From contig CT868038.1 of NCBI GenBank assembly GCA_000165425.1, forward strand, positions 124,001-188,000: a stretch of DNA of 64,000 nucleotides, read 5' to 3'. The stretch's first letter is position 1. Each line of letters opens with the position of its first letter. Shown here one piece after another: positions 42,821-56,019 of this stretch. The notes under the pieces were generated by a model. That model made no database searches and had not been told where the DNA came from. It saw nothing but the letters and a program-made list of their open reading frames with translations. The stretch comes from Paramecium tetraurelia (Eukaryota). Both the position numbers and the translations under genes were made by a program.

Positions 42821-43097
42821 TTTTGAATTTAAATATATTAATTATTAATTATTGCTGTTATTTTTGCATTCAAATTCTAAATATAAAATTCCAGTGTATA
42901 AGGTAACCTAATTGTAACTACCATAATTCTGATTGTCATCCTAATACCTCCTGATTACTCATTGATTGATCTGACTGTTTTAAGCACTCTAACTTCAAAA
43001 TTTCTGATTTTCTTCGTTTATATATGTAAATTATATAATATGAAGAAATCGAAATTTATGAAGTTCATAACAAATGAAAAATGAATTATTTATACAA

Positions 43098-45449
43098 TCA
43101 AAAAAGCATAGCGTTTTCAAGTTTTACTATGCTATCCTCTCCTATAAAATGTTTTCATCCTATTAACCCTTCTATTTACAACTTTGTACTCTCGATTTGT
43201 AAAGTTCTTCAGCACATTTAACACATTGTCATCTATGTGATAGTGTTATAGATTTGCCTTTTTATCAAAATTGTCCAAACTTTCCTTCTTTATATTTAAG
43301 AAGTCTGAGTACAAGTCATTGATTACTTAAGGTATTCTTTCTAATTTCAAAAGTTTACCTTAATTTATTAATTATTTCACCTTTGAAAGCCTAAACTAAT
43401 CAACTACATTTTATTATTTCCTTTTAGTCAAGGAATCAATAGAAAAGTCATCCATAGCAGTCGGTAATCCAAGATCTAAGATATAATGAGAATTAATCTA
43501 TTCTTGTTAGAGCAAGCCATTTTCTAATTATAAATCGAGAGCTAATTCAATTTTTTCAACCATATTAAAATAACTGTTTTTTGATTTCTTTTTCTTTCTC
43601 TCATGTAAGTTATGTCTAACCTAATTAATATTCTATCCTTTGTCTATTGCGATCTTGCCTCTACTTGGACTGTAAAATACAACAGGACAATCCATGAAAT
43701 TATGACTTCTCAAACACACTTAACATTAAATAGGACACAGATCGAATTGTAAATCATCTCGTAATAAACAATATTGCTCATAATTGCTAGTTTGTCTCTT
43801 TACAACTTCAATAAATTCTTCATGTGTAATATACGCAATTTCAGAAAACTTAGTCGCCTTAGTCGTGTAATGGACAGCATTTCTGAGAAAAAATTCTCTA
43901 ATTCCAAATGACCCTTGCTTTTAGGTTCTAATTGAGACCTTATTGATGAGAGACTCTATTTCTCCTCTAACAAGAAACATTGCTTTGGGTACAAAGTCTC
44001 CCTATTAGAATATTATTTGACCAGGGATGTATTTCTATGTTTTGACTACTCTACTCAGCTGAGCCAAAAGGGAATCATTAAACCTATTGATTAATTAACA
44101 CTGTTTCAATTTTGGAATAAAGATACTAGCTTTTAACTCTTGCTTCAGGTCTTCATTGAGATGATCCATTAATACGTCTTAAGTTTCATCGAGAGTGAAG
44201 AAATATTCAAAATACTTTCTTATCCTCATCTATAGAAGCGGATTAATTTTATTCTTCTTCAAATAGGAATTCACAGTGGCCATATTATTACGATGCTGAT
44301 CAGTTTTCTCTCTCAATTAACCAAATATTTATTAGATTGCAGATATAGTGTATCCAAATATTAGAGATGTTATTAACACTGTTAAAATCACAAACATTTA
44401 TTCAAACTAATTTTGGGGAACAATGTCTCCATATCCTATTGTGAAGGCAGTAATGGTCCCAAAATACAATGAGGCTATGTATCTTACTACCCAATCCTTA
44501 TCAGCATAGCCATACCTTGTCAACCAACAATTGTCTATGTTATTCTGTAATTCTATTTAACCAACAAAGTGCCAGGCACAACCAAGCATATGGGAAACCA
44601 GAATCAAGAAATACAGGAGTTTACATATGTCTATGGGAGCTGCAAATTTCTCTCTAATTAATGATATCTCTTCAATTTATTCGAAGATCTTCTTCACTCT
44701 TGTTATTCTCAACAACAGCATAAAATTGATATAAGGAATCTTGTATTACGATATCAAGAAGGGTATGACCACTATCAAATCATAAGCAAATTCTCCTTGA
44801 ACGTAATGCTTGAATATTTTCTGTCTGCTCTCATGGATCATGCCTTTTGAATAGTATGCTGTATTAAAATTAAGAAGTATTTCTATTAGGAAGATCCTTA
44901 ATATTAATTTATAAATACCCAACTAGGAAGTGTGCTGAATAGAAAATCCACCACTGTGTTATTGTTATTTAATTAGAATGACAATTGCATCGGAATATAA
45001 AAGATATTGATTATGATGAGGACAAGGATGACCAAATCCATAATCAATTTAAACTTACTATCTGGTTTGATTACACTGAAATCCAATGAGGGCATTTTGT
45101 TCACAATCATGGAAGTTATAAAATCCAGAAATGTAAATGGTGCTTTTACCAATCCTTTTCTTTGATAATAAATAAAATCTGAAGCCTTGTCACCTATTAT
45201 GTTGTGGATACGATGCGTTATTAATTTAAATCTGTATTATTCAGCAGCCTATTTCAATTTGATTATAAATTTGGTAATGAGGACAAATATTTATAATGCG
45301 TTCTCCTTCCAAGGTTAAGCAAAACCTAAAATCAAAGACGGCTCAGGTGAATCTCTTGTATTAGATGGATGCATAGGCTTTGTTAAAGAGAAATGCCTTG
45401 TTCGCCTACCAGTGGAGGCACCCGTTAATAAAATATGTTCAATATTCAT
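43098..45449 (-). CDS. Cyclic-nucleotide-binding-domain K+ channel (EAG/HCN/CNG-like)
   Basis: Six TM segments, pore ASLYFGTITAFTIGYGDIVP, C-linker, CNBD GSFG, C-terminal C..C...H....CP. Confidence 0.92.
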
Positions 45450-45499
45450 TTAATATTAATATGGTTTTCAAATGTAAATTATTCATTTAATTAGGAATA

Positions 45500-46900
45500 G
45501 TCTTAGAAGTTATATCGATTACGTGATTCATTTGGATCATCCCCAATCTGATTCTACTCTTAAATGCTTCTTAGCTCTAAGAAACAGTAATTTTAATAAA
45601 TTACTGAGAAATTTACTAACTTTTCTAATTAAATACATTCTTGTTCAAGATTCTCTAATTCAAGTACTTAATCTAAAGATCGAGACTTCTGGTCTTTTTT
45701 TATCAGGCTCTTATACAAAAACTGTTGATACTTGGAGTGTTACCATAATTATTAAAATTATACAATTACAATTTTTGTATGACATTGAGTGAATTTGATT
45801 TATTGTGTTCTAGGGTTTATTATTTATTTTTTGAATCTACCTATCTATATTTTTTCAAAATTGATTTATTTATTCCTTCACTTAACCCCGCATCATTTAG
45901 CATTACATCTATTAAAGAAGTTATAATGTCCAACAAGTTCAAAAAGTTTAACATTTTTTCTTTTATTTTAGTATCGAAGTGACAGAATTGAATCATTTTA
46001 TAGCATGCAATCTTAGATACTGATGATTATATAAGAGCACAAATCTAATATAGTGATGAGAATAAGGAATGGCGTTTAAACAGTTGAATAGAGTAATTTT
46101 TTTATCATTATATCATATCGAATGAATAAATTCCAGTAAAATAGATGTTTTGAGTGGCAAATTGAATGTACTTATACAGAAGAAACTTAAAATTCCAAAT
46201 GATCCTTCTGATTATTATTTAATGGAGACTTTGTTAATTTGTAGATGCACTTATCCTTTAATTAATAAGTTTAATTTATTTATTTGATATTTTTCTCGAA
46301 ATATTATTACCCAGATAAGAATTTCTACATATATACAATAAAATAGAGCGAATTCAAAAATTCTCATAATCTGGATAATAATGCTTGTATTTATCCTTAT
46401 TCAAATAATAATTAAAATTATCGAATAATAATTTTGAACTTTAATCGGAAGCATCTTTAGAAACAGATAATTACAAAAATAATTGAAATAATATTTATTA
46501 TAATAAAATTAATATTGTACGATTTAATTAAAACCCTGACTATTATCTGATTTAATCACCTCAATATTCATATCTACTATATTTAGAGCTATTTAGATTT
46601 CTATTAGATATTACCAAAAGACTTTCTCATTTTTATAATAAACTTTATTGCTGCCATAAAATATAAAGAGAATGTATGTCTCCTCAGACCAAAATCAAAG
46701 TCTTCCACCAAAGAATTCTCTGGAGAATCATTCTTAGCAAAATTATGGTTTTCTAGTTTTTTGAGTTCACTTCCACATGTTTGCAAATTATCAAAATTCA
46801 TAATTATTACTATAAACCATAAACAATTCCTTTTGAAAATCTTGATACTTTATAAATATTTTCAAAGTTTGTGAGACCCAAATTTACAAATATTTTAAAT
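45500..46900 (-). pseudogene. Degenerate relic of a CNBD K+ channel paralogue
   Basis: Channel-like N-terminal segment (..FMAAIKFIIKMRKS) close to CNBD-like GSFGILSFF (about 46190), with TGAs and frameshifts; no TM/pore region found. Confidence 0.5.
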
Positions 46901-47495
46901 ATATTATATTTAATATTGGGATGTAGATTCTAAAAAAAAATACATTCAGACAGAGCGAGCTTTTCATCTAAATTATTTTATTCGGATTCCCAAAATCAGA
47001 TGGTCATTTATTAATAAAAGGAGGATAACTCTCAATACCTAAAGTAAATAATATATAAATTCTTATCCATAAATAATATATATATATATTGACAAAAATA
47101 GAATATCATTGATTCTCATTATATTTCTCATGAATGCATATTCTTCATATTCCGATTATTATTTAGTAATAATATGCTTGCTATTGAGCATATGGATATG
47201 AATTATTCATAATTACTGAATTTGTGTAATTTGATATGGAATAAGATTTAAGTATTTTTACTAAGAAGGATGGGCAATGAACCTTCCAATAATTTCAAAT
47301 ATAATTAATAATTGATGACATTTAATAATAAATTAACAATTAAAGTTTTATTACGTAAAAATTAATAGTAACTGTAACCTTAAAATTGTCACTTCTTAAT
47401 GATGATAATTTGATTTTATCAATCATTTTATCCGTTTTTTAGTATTATTTGCTATTTAACTTAGTAGTAAGGAAGAGCTTAACATAAATATTTTA

Positions 47496-48644
47496 ATGAA
47501 AAACATCATCATATTAGTATTAGTCGCAACAGCCTTTGCTACTAACCTTTCAGCTTTTGAGAAAATCGAAAAGAGCAGATTGGGAAAGACTTTGTTGAAT
47601 ACCATCGCCCTTCATATGCAAACAGGTGAGCCACTTGAGAGAGTGTTCTAAACACTTTATGATTTGGAAGAAAGATACTAAAATGATTAAAGAGAAGACG
47701 ATGCTGAAAACAAAGTCTTTTAATAAGAAGTAGATGGTGATCTTGCCGTTTTGAACTAAGAGCTTGCCAATCTTGAATAAAAGGGAACAGAATTACAAGC
47801 CAGAATAGATGAATTACAACCACAATACGACTAAAAGGTTGGATAAAGAGTTGCCAAATTAGCTGAATTGGCACTCGTTTAAAAGACATTGAATGAAGCC
47901 ACAGAGAAGAGAGAATCAGAAAACAATGACTTCGAAGCCTAAAGAGAAGAATTCACCTTTGTTTCAGGTGTCCTTGCTGAAGCCAGAAGATTATTCACAG
48001 ATAACTTATAAGCTCCAGCTTTCTTATAAAAGGGATAATCAGAAGGTGTCCATGCTACCCCAGCCATCTTCGCTTAAGTCGCTTCTCATTTAAATAGTGC
48101 TGCTCACAAGGCTGCTTAAATGAAACACATCAAGACATACGGAAAAGCTATCAAGCTTTTGGCTTAATTGTCTGTCAAGGCTTAATAATTCGCCAACCAA
48201 GAATTGACTAGCAGAATAGTTCAATTGATCGATGATCTCTAAAATCAACTCCAATAAGCTTTCGATTTGGCCAGAAAATAAGAAGATGCTAAAAGATAAC
48301 AATTCTAAGCCTACAGCACCTTATTACAAAGAGACATCAACAAGTTGAACAGCGCTATTGCTAATTTGGATGCTGAAATCCAATCATTGGCTGACTAATT
48401 GGCTGCCACTCACTCCTCATTAAACGATAACAATGATAGATATGCTGCCAAACTCTAATAAAGAGATGACAGAAGAGCTGAAGGATAATAAGCAGCTTAA
48501 GAATACTAATAAAGAAGATCCGCTAGAGATGCAGACAGATAAACCGTATCTGATTTGATTGGTCACTTGAACACTAATTTGAGAGACTTGAAAGAATACA
48601 TTGCTCAAAGAGTTGCTGCCGGAGATACTGACTTAGGATAATGA
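47496..48644 (+). CDS. Trichocyst matrix protein precursor (TMP2/T2-like)
   Basis: Signal peptide MKNIIILVLVATAFA; KIEKSRLGKTLLNTIALHMQTGEPLERVFQTLYDLEERY; helical repeats; 382 aa intronless, strong codon bias. Confidence 0.9.
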
Positions 48645-48905
48645 AAATTTAAATACATATCTACAAAATTAACATATTTTGTGCTTTAACTTTCAATATT
48701 ATTATTAAATACTAAAGATGATTTTTTACAACATCTCTTATATCAAATTCAAACTCAGTAATATCTATTTTTGAATATAATTTCTGTTTAATTAGATTAT
48801 TTTTTTAAGTGGGACAATTAAATTAAAATAATATACAATAAGAAATCGTTACAACCAAAAATAATATAATAATATTCTGATTAGCTTAATATTAATATAT
48901 ATATC

Positions 48906-49551
48906 TCATCTTGAAACATATTTTAAGGATCTTGTGATGGTTTATTATAATTGGACGAGCTCATTAACATATCCTCTCGATAATTATTATATCTCTTCTG
49001 GAGAGGCCTAATCTAATTATCTTGATAATTCGAGTAAATCTCTAAGAGGAACAGACTAATCCAACTTTCTAGTTAACATGGGTTATGGTTTCGAAGTTGT
49101 TGAAGCTTTGCTCTACGTATTTTAGGATTGATTAGCCACGGGAGTGCTATTGAATTACCAATTTCCCAAATTGCTTAAAGATTAATTTTTTCTTCTGAAA
49201 GCTGAGAGCAAATCGTCATTTTGTGTGTTCAATCGTCGACTATTGAAATAGAATGTAAAATGAACCTTTCTGTCAATCCAAATATTTTACTAGGAGATGC
49301 CAAATTAGGATTGTGCTCAGCCTTACTCTAATTGAGGATCACGTGATGAAACCTGTTGTCTGTTTTATTGTCAACCTATTCAGCCCATTCAGTAGGATAT
49401 CTAATAATAATTCAATATACCTTCTAAGTTCCTTCTTTTCTAATGTGCTAACGTAGGATGATTAAGGTCTGGCTGTAATGGGTAAAGAACCTGATTCAGT
49501 CAAATATGAAGTTCTTTTGTAAACTTGGGATTTTTGTGAGCTTGATAACAT
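48906..49551 (-). CDS. Hypothetical protein
   Basis: MLSSSQKSQVYKRTSYL...; two tiny introns; ends GYVNELVQLQQTITRSLKYVSR*. Confidence 0.7.
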
Positions 49552-49728
49552 TAAAATAAATTTTTATTTATTTGCTTTTATTTGATATTGATGTCAAATC
49601 CACCTTTGACAATCAAAATTATTGTAAATATGAAGGAATTCATATTGATTGCTTTGGTGGACATCTAGAATTGGGCATAATAATATCTCTAAGAAATTTG
49701 TAAAGTAAAATTGTCATATAACTATATA

Positions 49729-50504
49729 TCATTTTTCTGAAAAATCTATAGGTTCTTCCATAATTACATTGTGCATCTTAACAGCAGCAGGATCACTGCT
49801 TTTTTGTACGCATTAATCAATTTTCGTTAGCAATCCATACAATACATCTCTCTAATATTACAGATCATCTAGAGCATAGATCAATTTCCAATTGTAATCC
49901 ATTTTATTTTTGATATCGATTTCCAATTCTTTGATAGCATCTTCAGCCTATTAAGCTTTGGTTGATTCAACTTTTAAGAAGGTTCTGCCATCTATATCTG
50001 TCTATTTGAATTTTAAAAATTCAGTATTTGGAATTAGATGTGCACTCATTTATGTATAACGACCATGATGTTATTTTTCAAAAGCCTCCAATCTTCTTGA
50101 ATACCCTCTGTAATTCTTAACAAATGGATTAACTTTGGATGCATAATTGTACATCCATTACAAGAAAGCCATGTTATCTTAAAATTTGCATTTGCTTAAT
50201 TTGTCAATTGGAACAACTTTGTCAATTTTCAATTTAGAAAATGCATCATCAAGAACCTGTGTTAAATATTATCAGGTACTTTAAGATTCTTGGTGTATTC
50301 ATCTGGGAATCTGGCCATGAAGTTCAATTTTGAAAGATAGATGGCTCCTGGATGCAATGCATCTATTATTTAACAATAGCCAATTCCATCTGACAATAAC
50401 TAAATTAAAAATTAGAATAGAACCTCGACTTTGGGATAATCGCATTCAGTTAGTTCGTTTATCCATTGAAGGAAATCTTATCTGCCTTGATTGTGAGATT
50501 TCAT
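49729..50504 (-). CDS. EB1/MAPRE-like microtubule plus-end protein
   Basis: GRQDFLQWINEL..KVE LLSDGIGYCQIIDALHPG..KCKFQDNMAFLQW (EB-type CH domain); C-terminal QRDVLYGLLTKID (EBH-like). Confidence 0.85.
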
Positions 50505-50549
50505 ATAATAAAATATTGTTAATTATTTTTATAATTATTCTCATTTTAT

Positions 50550-50783
50550 TCACTAATCCTCATTTATTTTGATAATGGTCTCTTTTTTTGAGAATGCTTG
50601 GTGGTATATGAAGGCTGATGACAAGAGAATTAGGGTCGGGATCAGGAACTTGGGCATTTTAAAAATTCTTATTTGTTGACCCTTAGGATCCTTGTATGTA
50701 TCTTTCTTCTGAAAGAAATGGTAAATGGAATATTTGGGTATTGATACTAAATTTCGTGTTGGTTGTTGAAATTTAGACTTCAT
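50550..50783 (-). CDS. Small single-TM protein (possibly mitochondrial)
   Basis: 77 aa, basic N-terminus, FLIPTLILLSSAFIY hydrophobic segment. Confidence 0.55.
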
Positions 50784-51026
50784 CTTAATTCACTATTAAA
50801 TATTAAAATTAATAATATATAAAAGTTATTTATGGAGTCATTATTTTGATTTTTGGGAACATACCACAAGCTTTGATTCGAAATTAGTAATCGCGAAAGA
50901 TCGATGTTGTAATTCCGCAAAAATTGTGACATATATCATCCTTCTAGAGTGCTGATTTGCAATTTATCAGTAAAATTTTGACTTGAATTAATCAATTTTA
51001 AAAAATAAAAAAAGATTCCCTTAATT

Positions 51027-51825
51027 ATGAATTTCTAAAATTTCTTCGAAGAGCCCATTAAATTATCCTCTTACCAGTAATTACAACAACAGGGTAATAT
51101 ATACTTCACTATTCAAGCAGTTAACGAATAAAAGGAACAGAAAGTTAAATCAGATATTCAGAGCTTAGAGCACATTTGGGTTTAGTGGTTAAGCCAACAA
51201 CAAATGTCTCAAATCCAAAATGAAGACATCCAGAAGAAAAATGAGTCAATCGATGTAGAATGCACTCAAGAGACAAATGTATTTCTTTTAATTATAAGAT
51301 AGGCAGTTGAAAAGAGTGCTTAACTCAAAACCTTCTTTGAAATCCTGAAATCGAGAATAATAAATGAGAAATTGTATTCTACCATGACTCAAACATAAAT
51401 CACCCAATTTTTCGAAGAAGCCACAACCTAAATTTAAAACAAAATCAAACTCTATGAAGACATCTAGAAATTGAAATTGCTCTAAAATTATCCAAGTAAG
51501 TTATAATTTTGATATTCCCTCTAGCAAACACTAAGAGGACTTATTCAAAATCTGCTAATATGATACTCAAAAAATGGCTGATTGAGAATTACAACAATCC
51601 TTATCCAAAACCTTAATAGGTCGAGTAATTAGTCTAACAAACAAATTTAACTAACAAATAAGTATGAAAATTATCGATTTCCAATAGGTCTTAAATTGGT
51701 TTATAAATGCTAGAAACAGTCTTAAAAATAAAGCAAATTAAGAAAAAAAGTTTAAATAGATAGTTGAATGTAAATTCAAAGAACTTGCAATTATGAAAAA
51801 AAAAAAAATAGAACAAAGTATTTGA
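51027..51825 (+). CDS. TALE-class homeodomain protein
   Basis: KRTYSKSANMILKKWLIENYNNPYPKPQQVEQLVQQTNLTNKQ|VLNWFINARN. Confidence 0.88.
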
Positions 51826-52355
51826 TTATTTAGATAAAATCACTGAATATAAATTTGTTATTTATTATCATTATTTATATAAATTTAATTTTATATTATT
51901 AATTCATAATATATGGACATTACTAATGTATCAATGAGAAATTTAGAATAATAAAACATCATATTATTGTTCCTTCCAATTAAAACTAAAAATATAACTC
52001 CTTTAAAACCTAATTTTGTTTAAGACATATTCATACTTTCAACTCTTATTAAAACAATCCTATTCTAATTCATATTAATAATCCCTTTAATTTGAGAACA
52101 AAAACTAAATCTATCAAACAATTACAATTTTTAATTAAACATAACATTCATCCTCAGAATTTCAAATTACAGTATTTTATTTACCCTAAGATCAAATCTA
52201 AAATGGGGGCTATTATGCATTAAATTCTTCGCCCAAAACTAACAGCATGTTTCTCAGTTAAATTCACAAATTTATACCTTCTTATTTATCAATTTACTTT
52301 GAAAGAAATAAATAAAATTAATAAAATTCAAGTTTTAAACATAAATTATTAGTTA

Positions 52356-53063
52356 TCATTTGTACAATGTTAATTTAATATGGCTAACTCCATTTTTTAA
52401 TTCCCTTTTTAACGAATGTCTTTATTGTTAAGATGGTTAGAGTTCCTGTTTTACTTTACTTTGCGCTTGGGATTACCTAGAAGGAGTCTTGCTGAATTTT
52501 GTGTTTTGAAAAGGCAAATAACCTTTTTTTGGAGTTTCGATATTCTCATTAATTTATGAAAACTATTTCCTATGTATGGTAGGCATCTAATTCTCTTTAT
52601 TTTAATTCGATTCCTATTTTTAAGGAGTTGTTCCTGTCTTCAACAAAATAGGACTTTTTGACCGAATTTTGAAAGGAGAATTTGAAACTTCAGGAACATG
52701 TGATTGTCTTTGTTTATTTTGCAATCTTTCATTTATCTATTCTCTTAAAGTTTTGGTTGATTATTTTGTTTATTAATTCAAATTTTTTTCATTTTAACTT
52801 GTCTGTGGAGATTCTGAAATATAAAAACTTAATTTGTTCTCCTCTATAACGTATGATTCGCTAACTACTTATTATATACTGAAATTACTTTGTGGATGCA
52901 ATATAAAAGATTATTATGTTAATGGAGGATTCAAATTTACTATAGATTATATGCTTTAATTTTCGATGTTTGTCAAATGCTTGATATTGGTTAAGAGATT
53001 AGTAGGGAAAATGGGTGTTGGTGATAATGAAAACTCTAAGCATCTATTAATATATTCTAGCAT
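52356..53063 (-). CDS. Basic S/P-rich hypothetical protein
   Basis: ATG 53063 MLEYINRCLEFSLSPTPIFP...; ends RELKNGVSHIKLTLYK*. Confidence 0.6.
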
Positions 53064-53084
53064 AAAAATTATTTATTAAATAAA

Positions 53085-54437
53085 ATGAAATCGATGTTAC
53101 ATATTATGCAGAAACGAGGTTCAGTTGTATTGATGGAACCGTATGATATTGATAGTATCTTTTAGCATTAATGATGGAATGGACAAGGTACAAGATAAAC
53201 ATCAGGTTGTGCAAACTTATGTGGAGTAAGTGAATCCCAAAACTGCAATTGCAATTGAAAAAGAGGTAATAAGATAAAGCGATTAAAATAGGAAGAAAGA
53301 TTAAACTAAAGATACTTTCATTTAATGAATCAACTGGAGAGATTAAAGTATTAAATACTCAAGTTAGAGGAGAAAAAGAAATCACAAGAAGAGTAATTAA
53401 ATAGAGTAATTCAATTAGTCTTGAGAATCATCCTTCAGTTAAAGAAGTGGTTGGAGAATTGCATAAGATTTCGACGTATGAAAAGGCTCTGAGTGAGAAC
53501 CATAGCAAAATGGTTGATGAGATCAAATTAAATAAAATGACTATCAACCAATTGAAATAGACTGTGTACTAAAAAAGAATAGAAATAAGAGATGTGGTAA
53601 GAGACTCATTCAGAATCCAAGAGGATATGATTAAAATAAGACAAGAAAAGAGAACGGTTTCCAGTATGCATATAGTTATTAATAAGTTGACAGAAATAGT
53701 GTTGATATGTTCTTAACAATCCCAGAAACCTCCATTCCAAAACCATAAATCCTACCCTCCCTTCCATTGAAGCAGAAATCAAAAAGCACTTTGCTTCATA
53801 TCATGAAAAATGTGCAATCGGAAAATCAATAAGAAGTATATATGAATAATATATTCCTTGAATAGAAAATTAATGATATAGTATACATTTATCGTCAAGT
53901 GTAAGAATTAAGGTCTAAAACATAATAATCTACTCGATTCATTTAGAAAATGACGAATAGATATTGTTAGATCAGAGGTTTATTATCTGAATGTGCTAGC
54001 ATATCTATTTAAAGTTTTAAAAACAAGCAAAAGATCACTAATAAAAATGGTTATGCCAATTCTATTTATTTTGATGTGAGTACTCTCAATAACAGTAAAA
54101 ATGAGAGCAGCATCATTAAAGAAAGGAAGATACAAAACATTTTGTATGATACTTTATAACAAATAATGATTGATTTGATAGATTCATAATAGAAGACTGA
54201 TTTGAATGGGTCATCTATTGCAGATTCGATGTATTTTAAATCTTATATTTTAGAATTCGTAATTCAGTAAGTTAGGAGTAGTTCATGCAATTCACATCAG
54301 TTCAAATTCTAGGATTGATGGCCTTACAACCTAGATTAATAACAGAACTGTTAGGGATATTTGAATTAAAGCAAAAGCAAGTTGGACTCTTATGCAATAA
54401 AACCAGATAATTGTCGAAATAATTAGAAGTTGTATGA
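53085..54437 (+). CDS. Coiled-coil hypothetical protein
   Basis: ATG 53085 MKSMLHIMQKRGSVVLMEPYDID...; heptad-rich frame with tiny introns. Confidence 0.65.
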
Positions 54438-54480
54438 TTCCTCGAAATTTATTAATATTATTAAGTATCTATATATATAA

Positions 54481-55144
54481 TCATTTAACAAGTGACAATG
54501 TTTAAAGAACTGATGGAATATGCATTAAATAAGTTTGTCTATTAATTAATTCTTTCAAAATTCTATTTTCATTTTCATTGTTCCTATTTGCTTATAATAA
54601 TAACTAAATATCGCAACTTTTGTTTTCTTGTTTAACTACCATTTCTTTTTTTCTAGCTGACTAACATTTTATCTATAATAATGAATTCTTACTATTTAAA
54701 GAAGTATTTTACTTTTTATTCCAATTCTTGAATCTTCATTAACAATGTTGTGTTCTCGTTAAGCAATCTATCAAATTGGGTACAGCTAGTCTAGGATTGT
54801 TCTGTGCTTTTTCTAATGTAAGAGAATGACGATGAAACGATAGTTGGTTTATTTTATATATTTGGAGATCTGAGTATAAATATTGAATACGTTTCCAGAG
54901 GAGAGCTTTTTAAAGGCCTTTCTATGCTAAACTATCTCGCCGATTAAATTGCTTATTATTATTGGGATAGGAGCATATTGAACAAGGAGTCACCCTTTTT
55001 ATTATCAGTTGAATCTCGCATTTGTTTGCTGTAGTTTCTAATTATTTTTATGAGGTCTTACTGTGAAAGTTAGGTTGTGTTGTTTTAGTTATTCTTCACA
55101 GGTGTTAAACTACTGTTTAGTTTATGGTAATAACTTTGATTCAT
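54481..55144 (-). CDS. Hypothetical protein with C-terminal coiled coil
   Basis: MNQSYYHKLNSSLTPVKNN...; ends LMHIPSVLQTLSLVK*. Confidence 0.65.
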
Positions 55145-55290
55145 TGTTTTACTAACAGAAATATTTTATTAATAATTGAACAATTTGCTTACTAAAGGTT
55201 GTCTAAATGATGGCGATAAGATTGTGCTTATTATTCTTTTATTATTAATAAATACCAAAATTCTTGACTTTTTATTATTTTATTAAATAT

Positions 55291-55921
55291 ATGGACTAGT
55301 AAGATTTAAATTCATTAGGATTACTTGGGATTCTTGATGTCCGTTTGATCTATTAGTTATCAAAATATTTATTGGTACGGGAAGTGTTATAATTGGGGTT
55401 AACAAATTCATTTTTTAAAGAATATCTCTTAAATTTCAAGAAAAGGGAAATACATTTAGAGTAACTAGAGTAAGTGACGGATGATGGAATTAAGTTATAC
55501 TTGGAATTAGATATTTCAGATATATACGATAAAATTACAGCTATTATGGCGACAGTGGAAACCAAAGATCAAGGATGGGCAAGTGTAAATATTTAATGTT
55601 CTAAGAGTCTAGGCCTCTTACTCGACGTCGTGGGTAACCTTGACTCTTTTCAACAACCCATAGGATTATCTAACACATGGGGTTTAACCATTCGAACACA
55701 TAATACATTCAAATTACAGGGAGGCCAAATACGCTTAAAGGAAGGCAACAATTACGGAAATTATGACCATTAATGATAAGAATAAATAGAAGTAAGAGAC
55801 TCTCCTTGGAATTGTTGCTAAGGGGGAATTTCAAAAGTTGGGGATAGTGCAGAAATGTCAATATCCAGGGTGGTAATGCTTTATGAAAAGTGGGAAGATT
55901 GAAGTTTGGTATAGAGATTGA
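55291..55921 (+). CDS. F-box-like N-terminus plus DQGW-motif domain
   Basis: LDVRLIYQLSKYLLVREVLQLGLTNSFF (F-box-like); VETKDQGWAS..SWV; CQYPGWQCFMKSGKIEV. Confidence 0.65.
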
Positions 55922-56019
55922 TAGTATATTGATTGGTTTTCATAATTGTCAAATCACAATTATAAAGTATAAATTATAATATCAATTAACCACTTTATAA
56001 ATCATATATATATAAGAAA

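Noticed and set aside
42830..43090. Possible C/D snoRNA (several CTGA) upstream of SRPK
   Set aside because: No convincing C box or terminal stem; more likely promoter/UTR
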